DNA from: Patescibacteria group bacterium | GTDB lineage: Bacteria > Patescibacteriota > UBA1384 > XYA2-FULL-43-10 | DNA: 32,000 nt | Assembly (NCBI GenBank): GCA_041674405.1 | Contig: JBAYVT010000004.1 | Location: 119,611 to 151,610 of the forward strand | Direction of reading: 5' to 3' | Shown here: one piece after another, positions 9,219 through 16,353 of the stretch | Layout of the letters: every line of letters begins with the position of its first letter | Position numbering within the stretch: position 1 is the stretch's first letter | Notes under the pieces: generated by a model | Databases searched by the model: none | What the model was told of the DNA's origin: nothing | What the model saw: only the letters and a program-made list of their open reading frames with translations | Translations under genes and position numbers: made by a program

Positions 9219-10440
9219 AATCACTTACTATTTTGCCCTTATCGTAATTGTCTTTATTCCATTTCAGACCCCGATTCAAAATTTTCTTGAAAAGAGGCTT
9301 TCTCCAAGCCTGTCTTTTTGGCTAACACATTTTTATGAGCCAGTAATTATTTTCCTGCTAATTTTTGCCATCATATCAAATGTCGCCAGGAAAGATTTCT
9401 CAAACTGGAAAGCCAAAATTCCGCCTATTCTTTTGGTTTTTTTAGGGCTTGCATCAGTTTTTTTTATTGCAACTGGTTTTAGCCGTGGCCTGCAGGGATT
9501 TCGGTTTGATTTTATCGGGGTCCTGTTTTTTCTCATATGTTCAGTTGCATTGATGCAAAAAGCAGAGAAAAAAACGTTAATTTCAGCCTATATATTCGTT
9601 GCTCTCATAGCTTCCGTCTGGGCAATCATTGAGCGGTTTCTTCCCTTAAACTACTGGCAGTTGCTTGGGGTGCCAAGCTTTGGCTGGGGGACATTTACCG
9701 TCGTTTCTGTCTATCAAAGCTCGGCTTTCCTACCTGGACCAAATCAGCTTGGAAGCTACTTATTGCCTGCAGTTTTCTTGCTTATCTTAAACAAGCCGGA
9801 ATTTTTCAAAGAGGGGATTTTGTCAAAAATCACAAGAGCCGTTGGATCAATCTTGCTCATATCGGCGATTGTTCTTACATTCTCAAGGGCTGCTCTTGTC
9901 GGATTAATTCTTGGGGTGGTTGCTTATATTATATTTATTGAAAAAAGCAGAAAAAGGCAGGCCTTATATGCAGTAATTCTGCTTGCGGTAGTGGCAATTA
10001 TGGCTAGTTATTATCTTTCAGGAGGCAGAGAAGCCAGAGATCTCTTTACCCACGGGAGTTCCCAAGCAGAGCATGAGACTGCGCTTTCGTCTTCACTTAC
10101 TGAAATAGGCCGCCGATTTTCCGAACCTTTCAAATTGACATTTGGTTCGGGAATCGGAGATGCTGGGCCTGCGGCTTTAAAGTATGCTGATGGTTTTATC
10201 TCTGAGTCTTGGTATATCCAGCTTCTTCTCGAGCTTGGAATCATCGGCCTCGCCTTGTGGCTATATTTCATTTTTGTTACACTGATCAGGCTTTATCGCG
10301 ACAAGAATGCAGGATTGTTTTTAGGCTTAATATCAGTTTCTGGCGTGGCAATTTTTCTTCACACCTGGGCTGACAATCCGGCAGTAGCGATTACGATTTT
10401 TATTTTAATCGGGAGTTATCTATATGAGAATTCTAATTGA
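9196..10440 (+). CDS. O-antigen ligase/polymerase family (Wzy_C) membrane protein
   Basis: Overlaps the preceding ORF. LTFSRAALVGLILGVVAY...GRRFSEPFKLTFGSGIGDAG...SWYIQLLLELGIIGLALWLYF. Confidence 0.85.
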   Translation: MPKKILDKITYYFALIVIVFIPFQTPIQNFLEKRLSPSLSFWLTHFYEPVIIFLLIFAIISNVARKDFSNWKAKIPPILLVFLGLASVFFIATGFSRGLQGFRFDFIGVLFFLICSVALMQKAEKKTLISAYIFVALIASVWAIIERFLPLNYWQLLGVPSFGWGTFTVVSVYQSSAFLPGPNQLGSYLLPAVFLLILNKPEFFKEGILSKITRAVGSILLISAIVLTFSRAALVGLILGVVAYIIFIEKSRKRQALYAVILLAVVAIMASYYLSGGREARDLFTHGSSQAEHETALSSSLTEIGRRFSEPFKLTFGSGIGDAGPAALKYADGFISESWYIQLLLELGIIGLALWLYFIFVTLIRLYRDKNAGLFLGLISVSGVAIFLHTWADNPAVAITIFILIGSYLYENSN

Positions 10441-11557
10441 TGGGCGCTTTATTGGCGTGGGCGAATCTATCTCCCGCTACACGCTTGAAATAGTTCAAGG
10501 CATCTTAAAATTGGATCAAGAGCACGAATACACTCTCTTAATCCGCCCGCAAGGCGAAAAGTTTATAGCTGACAACTTACAGCTGAAAGCTAAAAATTTT
10601 CGTACAAAAGTTTTAGATATTCCTCACTACAGCTTCAAAGAGCAAACAGAGCTTCTCAAATATTTAAATTCTGAAAAATTTGATCTTGTGCACTTTACCC
10701 AATTTAACCATCCGATTCGTTACAAAGGAAATTATGTGATCTCGGTGCATGACCTAACCCTTCTTGGGCATCTGCATCGCATGAATATTGTAAAAAGGCT
10801 GGGGTTTCGGGCTGTTATGAAGTCGGCAATAATGGATTCAAGAAAAATTATTACAATTTCGAACACAACCAAGGACGATCTTGTTGAAACATATAGGATT
10901 GATCCGGACAAAATTGCTATTACATACCTCGGCGTTGACAACAAGTATAATTCAAATTTCAAATCTCAATCCGCCAGCTGGCGGACAAAAATTAGGGATT
11001 TTAAAGAAAAGTATAAGACGGGAGAGAAATACATTCTCTATACAGGAATGTGGAAGCGGCACAAGAATCTTCTGCGTATGTTCGATGCTTTCGAGCGAGC
11101 GAAACTTTCTGATGTAAAGCTTGTGCTGGTCGGCAAAATTGATAAAGAAGAGCCGGAAATCTTGAAACGAATTGATGAAATCAATTCCAAGCAAAAAATT
11201 ATTGTAACGACCGGATTTGTTGAGGAGGAGGAACTTCCCATTGCTTATGCTGGGGCAGTAGCTTATTGCATTCCCTCGCTCTCCGAGGGGTTCGGCCTTC
11301 CACCACTCGAGGCAATGGCTTGTGGTACGCCTGTAATTTCTTCAGCAGTATCGGCGATGCCGGAAATTCTCGGCAAGGCGGCGTTCTACTTCGACCCGTA
11401 CGATATTGAAGATATGTCGATGGCGATGAAAACAATCGTCGAAGATGAAAAATTGCAAAAAGAACTATCGCAAAAGGGGTTGAAGTGGGTAGCGCGCTAC
11501 GATTGGGAGAAGACCGCAAAAGAAACTCTGGATGTGTACAAAAGTTTATTGAAATAA
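10424..11557 (+). CDS. Glycosyltransferase, GT-B fold, GT4-like (Glycos_transf_1)
   Basis: [23 protein letters not shown]...[11 protein letters not shown]...[13 protein letters not shown]...[15 protein letters not shown]...[44 protein letters not shown]. Confidence 0.95.
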   Translation: MRILIDGRFIGVGESISRYTLEIVQGILKLDQEHEYTLLIRPQGEKFIADNLQLKAKNFRTKVLDIPHYSFKEQTELLKYLNSEKFDLVHFTQFNHPIRYKGNYVISVHDLTLLGHLHRMNIVKRLGFRAVMKSAIMDSRKIITISNTTKDDLVETYRIDPDKIAITYLGVDNKYNSNFKSQSASWRTKIRDFKEKYKTGEKYILYTGMWKRHKNLLRMFDAFERAKLSDVKLVLVGKIDKEEPEILKRIDEINSKQKIIVTTGFVEEEELPIAYAGAVAYCIPSLSEGFGLPPLEAMACGTPVISSAVSAMPEILGKAAFYFDPYDIEDMSMAMKTIVEDEKLQKELSQKGLKWVARYDWEKTAKETLDVYKSLLK

Positions 11558-11577
11558 TTGTTCTCATAAACGCGAAA

Positions 11578-11606
11578 ACGCCGCAGATCGTACTGATCCG
11601 CGGCGT
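11578..11606 (-). terminator. Rho-independent-like terminator of the minus-strand lipoprotein operon
   Basis: Minus strand ACGCCGC-G-GATC-AGTAC-GATC-T-GCGGCGT followed by TTTTCGCG. Confidence 0.7.
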
Positions 11607-11632
11607 CCTCGGTGATACCCTCCATGGCGTGT

Positions 11633-12367
11633 CTACTTCTTGGGGCTTGTCCTCGCCAAGTCCGCGTTGTAGACCCGTTCGATGGCTTGGCTGTCCGCTT
11701 CGCCGTCTCGGATGTTGATTTCCTTCGGCCAGGGCTTTATCTTCCAGTGATTGCCCTGGTAGCCGTCGGAGATGGCCAGCCAAAGGTGCTCGCCCTGGCG
11801 AATGCCCATCGGGTAGTTGGGTCCAGCCAGCGCCAGGTCCTCCCATACAGCATCCGAGAGCTTCTGCTCGACTTCCAGCTTGATGCCGTCGAGAGTTCCC
11901 GAACCGATGACCAGACTTTGCTGCCTCCCGAGATGATGTAGCACAACGGTGACTTGGCCTTCTGGATTGTTGGGGGGCGGCAGCGGAGTGCCGGGCGCTA
12001 CCCCGGGGACCGCCGTGTTGCTGACCGGAGTGATGGTGATTTCGGTGTACTGCACGCCATCACTCGAGGTGGTGCCCACGGGGTAAATCTTGACCGAAGG
12101 CACATTCCAGATCTCCATGAGCCCCTGCATCACAGGGCCAAGGTTCGTCCAGTTCGGGTCTCTGGTGGCGAATAGCGCCATTCCTTCGTTGTAGTCAAGG
12201 AGACCGCTTGCCCCGTGATGCGTGACGTCGTTCAGGTTCTCGATCTTGTGCAAGGACGATGCCGACATCGCTGTGGTAGACGCGGTGTTGCTGCCGGTAT
12301 TGGTGCAGCCGGCAATCAACAACGCTAGCAGCAGAATCACGAGCAAAGACAACGGAACGTTTCTCAC
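11633..12367 (-). CDS. Putative lipoprotein of unknown function (paralogue of 12525..13322)
   Basis: GTG start at 12367 after GGGAGGG; signal plus lipobox VRNVPLSLLVILLLALLIAGC; the TTG start used by the ORF track (12382) lies upstream of the Shine-Dalgarno. Confidence 0.75.
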   Translation of the reverse strand: MRNVPLSLLVILLLALLIAGCTNTGSNTASTTAMSASSLHKIENLNDVTHHGASGLLDYNEGMALFATRDPNWTNLGPVMQGLMEIWNVPSVKIYPVGTTSSDGVQYTEITITPVSNTAVPGVAPGTPLPPPNNPEGQVTVVLHHLGRQQSLVIGSGTLDGIKLEVEQKLSDAVWEDLALAGPNYPMGIRQGEHLWLAISDGYQGNHWKIKPWPKEINIRDGEADSQAIERVYNADLARTSPKK

Positions 12368-12524
12368 AAGAATCCCTCCCAAAGTTTCAGCCCCGCCTTG
12401 GAGGCGGGCTGTATGGCTGCGGAATCAGAATATCCGAGCGGGCTGCCCCGCACCACATGAGTGGGGGACGGCACCGCTTGGTGCTAGCCTCAATGAGACT
12501 AACCAAGCACAAGTTGTAGGGTTC

Positions 12525-13322
12525 CTAGTCCGGCTGGCCCTTGGGGTCGTACCGCGGCGTCGACGGGGGTTGTGCCGCGAACTGGACCTCGGCGTGCTCA
12601 GTTGCGAGCTTGTTGCCTTTGGTATCCAGATTCGACCAGGTGATCTTGGCGTAGACCGCCTTGACACCCCAGTACGCCTTGAGGTCTCTGACGGCATCCC
12701 CGAAACCCGCAAGCTGGGGATCCTGGGAGACCCAGTCAGCAAAGCGCGTACTGAGCGTCTTGCCGTCTACGAAGCTGAATCCGCCCTGGGACAAGCTCTT
12801 GTCTGCGATCAGCGCTTGCCGATCATGGGTTGCGAGCTTGGATTCCAGGTTGGACTCGGCCACTGATGCCAGAAAGGCCCTCTCGATAGCCTCGGGGTAC
12901 GTCTCGGTCAGGCCGACCTTGACCTTCTCTGGCCACGAGCAGAGGTTCCAGGTGGGATCGCCCATCCGCCAGACGGAAACCTCGGCGAACCAGAACTGGT
13001 CACCCCTAACGATCCCAAGACCCGAGTACGCCCAGTGTTCCATGTCCTTGTTGACCTTCGCCAAGATCGACTTGTCGCCGATCGTGAGCGAAAGGCCGTC
13101 CAGCGTGGCCGGGGAATTCATGGTTTCCCTGGTGCCAAACTTGTACAGCACCAGAGTCACCGGACCATCGGGGTTGTCAGCCGGCCGAGTGCTTGCCGGC
13201 ATCTCGGGGACGACCTTGAGGGTCACTTCGGGAGCCTCAGCCTTTTCGGTCGTGCAGCCGGGCATCCAGACTACCATCATGACAGCGATCGCGGTCATGA
13301 TGAACTTCAGAATATGCTTCAC
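12525..13322 (-). CDS. Putative lipoprotein of unknown function (paralogue of 11633..12367)
   Basis: GTG start at 13322 after GGAGGG; VKHILKFIMTAIAVMMVVWMPGC lipobox-like; shares PxGxVTxVLxxxG...TLDG...GI.xGxxxW...AIER with the neighbouring gene. Confidence 0.75.
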   Translation of the reverse strand: MKHILKFIMTAIAVMMVVWMPGCTTEKAEAPEVTLKVVPEMPASTRPADNPDGPVTLVLYKFGTRETMNSPATLDGLSLTIGDKSILAKVNKDMEHWAYSGLGIVRGDQFWFAEVSVWRMGDPTWNLCSWPEKVKVGLTETYPEAIERAFLASVAESNLESKLATHDRQALIADKSLSQGGFSFVDGKTLSTRFADWVSQDPQLAGFGDAVRDLKAYWGVKAVYAKITWSNLDTKGNKLATEHAEVQFAAQPPSTPRYDPKGQPD

Positions 13323-13463
13323 GGGAATCCCTCCATGGTAGTCAGTCACGCTTGGGGGCGTGCTGTTGTTGTCGGATAGCAATCTCCGAGCGGGATGGCG
13401 CCAATCGCGAAGATTGAAGCGCCGACTCCGCTTGGGCCGACCAAAGTCGGTTTGGGCTCAATT

Positions 13464-13568
13464 CTACTTGTGGCTAAGCATCATGTGGCAAATCGCTCCG
13501 ATGAAGAGGAGTAGGCCACCGGTGCCAGCAACCAGCAGGTCATTTATTACATGCATTACTGCGTCCAT
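13464..13568 (-). CDS. 34-aa putative single-TM small protein
   Basis: Manual translation MDAVMHVINDLLVAGTGGLLLFIGAICHMMLSHK*, with strong Shine-Dalgarno AGGAGGAG 8 nt upstream, lying in the gap between two co-directional lipoprotein genes. Confidence 0.6.
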   Translation of the reverse strand: MDAVMHVINDLLVAGTGGLLLFIGAICHMMLSHK

Positions 13569-13672
13569 GTGTGTGCTCCTCCTGTACTGTAATCATTCGA
13601 GCAGTCTCGCTCGGCACCCTTGTGGGATGCTGAGCGGGAACTGCGCAAGTGAATGCGCGTGATGGCCAAGGG

Positions 13673-14086
13673 CTAGCCCCAGCCGTCCAAAACCGGGAAA
13701 GTGTAGGTCGCGATGACCTTGCCATCCTTGTGTGCGATGGCAGTGCACATGCCAGGCGCCTGGAAGACCCAGTTCTTGCCTGTTGGGAGGATGATGGCCC
13801 CCTTGCCATCCGTCCCCTCGGTGACCGTGATCTGCGCATCGACGCCCCCCTGGGGGCTCGGCGTGCCGATCTCCCTTGAGGCGACTACGTAGAAGTCGGT
13901 AGGGACTGTGATGGCCGTCTCGGTCGCCGGGCGCCAGACGTGATCTGTGGAGGCCCAGATCTGCATCTGGATGTGATACTGGGGAGCTGTCGGCATGGGG
14001 CTGCCGCCACCGGCGCAGCCGGCGAGCACGACAGTCAGGAGTACGGCAATCACGAACCAGCAAAACGACGAAATCTGCTTCAACAT
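13673..14086 (-). CDS. Putative lipoprotein of unknown function
   Basis: ATG at 14086 after GGGAGGG; MLKQISSFCWFVIAVLLTVVLAGCAGGGS has a clear signal peptide and lipobox (LAGC); beta-rich remainder. Confidence 0.72.
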   Translation of the reverse strand: MLKQISSFCWFVIAVLLTVVLAGCAGGGSPMPTAPQYHIQMQIWASTDHVWRPATETAITVPTDFYVVASREIGTPSPQGGVDAQITVTEGTDGKGAIILPTGKNWVFQAPGMCTAIAHKDGKVIATYTFPVLDGWG

Positions 14087-14157
14087 TTGAAACCCTCCCG
14101 GGGTAGTGGTATGGCGCGCGCAAGCGCAGCGCCTATTGTTACTCAAGGTAACCGAAC

Positions 14158-14186
14158 AATATAACATAAAATATAAGAAATGTCAA
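14158..14186 (-). promoter_or_regulatory. Sigma70-like promoter of the GC-rich lipoprotein operon
   Basis: Minus strand TTGACA-N17-TATATT (TTGACA = revcomp 14181-14186; TATATT = revcomp 14158-14163). Confidence 0.75.
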
Positions 14187-14249
14187 TATTGTTGAGCGTG
14201 GTTAGATGTGCTAATCTTACGCTGTAACAGCTAGATTGATAGGAGAATT

Positions 14250-15953
14250 ATGAACATGATCCTCGTTTTTGCGCCAATAGCGGCAGCTTTGATCTCGGTA
14301 CTATTCGGGCTTGTCACGCTTATCCGTGCAGGCAACTCTCATGTTAGTAACAAAAAAATCCTCGATGCCGGAAAAGATGTCGAAAAAAAGGTTCGCTCCT
14401 ATATCAGCCGTGAATTTAATGTACTTGCGGTTTCGGTGGTGATTTTATTCGTAATATTGCTCTATTTGCTCGGTTGGAAGATCAGCCTTACTTTTCTCGC
14501 AGGTGCCGTCATCACGATTGCGGTCAATCTTACAAATTCAATTCTATTTGCACGGGCTTATTCACGCATTGTTGAGGATACGCGCTCAAACCAAATCAAC
14601 GCTGCAAATATTATATTTACTCTTTCCGGAGCTTCGTCTTTGTTTGCATTCGGAGCGGCTCTTGTTGCAAGTGTTATAACTTATGTATTATCTGGAGACT
14701 TTGTTTTTCTGCTTTCACTCACTTTGGGCGCGATTTTGGTTGAAATTATCTCAAAACTGCGATTTCACGGGATTTCAGATAAAAACACCGAAAAAATCGA
14801 GATAAATGAGAACGATCACACCTCCGGAGGACTTATCGGCGCGGTTGCCGGAGTATCCGCGGCAGGCGTTTATTTTATCTCAAACTTATATTCAGGAACT
14901 GAAAACTCGGTGTATTTATCTTTCCTTATTCTGGGGTTGGGGGCCATTGCAATGCTAATAGGCGTACTTATCACAAGATTCCGAACCGACATGAAGCTGG
15001 GCCGGCTTATGCTCACATTCCTTATAATTCCCTCGGTGTTGATTCTGGTAGGATCATATTTTGCTGTATCTTGGTTGATTTATGGAGAAGGCTTACATGC
15101 CACGATCAATCTATCGGTTTCTGCACTCGCTGGCCTGATCGCAGCATTCATGCTGTATATATCCGGCTATTTCATCTCTCAAAAATATCGCCTTCACGGC
15201 GAAAATTATATCCTAATTTCAAATGTAATCTCGATTGTTCTCGCCATCGCTGCAATTTTGGGCATCTATACCCTAAATGGATATGCTGGAGTTTCAGTAT
15301 TCGCGCTGGCCCTGTCAGCTTTTCTTATCCCAATGATGTCGCAATCACGTATGCTTTCAACAAGTAGTAATGCCGAGTTTGTAAGAGCCATTTCTGGCAT
15401 TGAAATGGAGACAGACAAGATCAAGGGTGCGTATGACTCAACAAATGTCTTTCGCAGAAGTTTGGCAGACTACCCGTTTTATCTAGCTATCATTGTAAAT
15501 TTACTCCTCTTTTGGGTGTTTATTGGTAGAATGGGGAGCAGTATGCTTTCCGCAAATTTATCCGATCCTTACCTTATTGCCGGAATCGTCCTCGGGGGAT
15601 TGGCTGCATATGTACTTGCTATGAATCTATCTGGTTGGGTAAAACAGGGAATAATCGTGCCGATCGCTATCCTTTTAGCCCTTCCGGCTCTATCTGGACT
15701 ACTTTTGGGTGCCAGCATGTCATTCGGGGCAGTGATTGGCTATGTTGTCGTAGCGTTGATTTTGGCGGCGATCAATGATCGGGTCTCGATCAGTGTGAGT
15801 TCCATCGGGTTGATTCTGGGTGCGACATTATTTTCATCGCTAATTAAAATGGCTCCAAGTTTGCGTTTGAAACTCATAATCGGAATTGCTCTAGTCGTAT
15901 TGATCCTGGTCTATGTTGTAATGTCTCGAATGACAAAAAAGGAAGCTAAATGA
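14250..15953 (+). CDS. Divergent HppA-like (membrane pyrophosphatase superfamily) protein, predicted catalytically inactive
   Basis: Multi-TM protein. Local similarity by eye to H+/Na+-PPase: ISGIEMETDKIKGAYDSTNVFRRSLADYPFYLAI resembles the SG.....R..TD.LDA.GNTTAA..KGFAIGSAAL region, and VRSYISREFNVLAV resembles the N-terminal region. AGGAG Shine-Dalgarno upstream. Confidence 0.6.
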   Translation: MNMILVFAPIAAALISVLFGLVTLIRAGNSHVSNKKILDAGKDVEKKVRSYISREFNVLAVSVVILFVILLYLLGWKISLTFLAGAVITIAVNLTNSILFARAYSRIVEDTRSNQINAANIIFTLSGASSLFAFGAALVASVITYVLSGDFVFLLSLTLGAILVEIISKLRFHGISDKNTEKIEINENDHTSGGLIGAVAGVSAAGVYFISNLYSGTENSVYLSFLILGLGAIAMLIGVLITRFRTDMKLGRLMLTFLIIPSVLILVGSYFAVSWLIYGEGLHATINLSVSALAGLIAAFMLYISGYFISQKYRLHGENYILISNVISIVLAIAAILGIYTLNGYAGVSVFALALSAFLIPMMSQSRMLSTSSNAEFVRAISGIEMETDKIKGAYDSTNVFRRSLADYPFYLAIIVNLLLFWVFIGRMGSSMLSANLSDPYLIAGIVLGGLAAYVLAMNLSGWVKQGIIVPIAILLALPALSGLLLGASMSFGAVIGYVVVALILAAINDRVSISVSSIGLILGATLFSSLIKMAPSLRLKLIIGIALVVLILVYVVMSRMTKKEAK

Positions 15954-16183
15954 GTATGCCAGAAGAATCAAAAACGACAACATTTACCCTTGATCGCTTC
16001 GAGGGAAGCAAAGCGATCTTGATCGGCGAACATGAGGAGGTCATTGTTCCCAAGAAAATTGTTCCCAAAGGTGTAGGCGAGGGTGATATAGTGCATCTCA
16101 CCTTGTCGTCCGATGAATTCGAGACCAAAAAACGCGAGAAAACCGCCAAAGAAATTTTGAATGAGATACTGAACCAAAAATAA
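15950..16183 (+). CDS. DUF3006 domain small protein
   Basis: FTLDRFEGSKAILIGEHEEVIVPKKIVPKGVGEGDIVHLTLSSDEFETKKREKTAKEI matches the DUF3006 pattern; translationally coupled to the upstream gene by a 4-nt overlap. Confidence 0.8.
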   Translation: MSMPEESKTTTFTLDRFEGSKAILIGEHEEVIVPKKIVPKGVGEGDIVHLTLSSDEFETKKREKTAKEILNEILNQK

Positions 16184-16252
16184 CCATGGCTTACTGGTAA
16201 ATAATTTAGTATTATCGGAATAGAAAACAAAAACAGAACTACACTATTGATA

Positions 16253-16308
16253 GAGATTGCTTCGTTGCAAGCTCCTCGACCCAGGGGGTCCCCTTGGGGG
16301 CAATGACA
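16253..16308 (+). repeat. Copy of a widespread intergenic palindromic-type element (GAGATTGC...CTCCTCG...CAATGACA) carrying an internal insert
   Basis: gagattgcttcgttgcaagctcctcg + acccagggggtccccttggggg + caatgaca. Confidence 0.6.
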
Positions 16309-16353
16309 AAAAGGGTTCTCAACGGGCTCGAACTAAAGGGTATTTTAAGCTAT

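Noticed and set aside
11199-11846. 215-aa minus-strand ORF and the overlapping 11485..11718 and 11612..11941 ORFs
   Set aside because: They overlap the GT4 3' end, the terminator and the lipoprotein gene. Compositionally biased translations (many Pro/Arg) are typical shadow ORFs in GC-rich DNA.
12222-13379. Plus-strand ORFs 12222..12866, 12661..13341 and 13035..13379
   Set aside because: They are antisense shadows of the lipoprotein genes, which have signal peptides, lipoboxes and Shine-Dalgarno sites; these do not.
13540-14123. ORFs 13540..13839 (-), 13593..14123 (-), 13649..13879 (+) and 13940..14164 (+)
   Set aside because: They are alternative frames of the third lipoprotein gene with low-complexity, His/Arg-rich translations.
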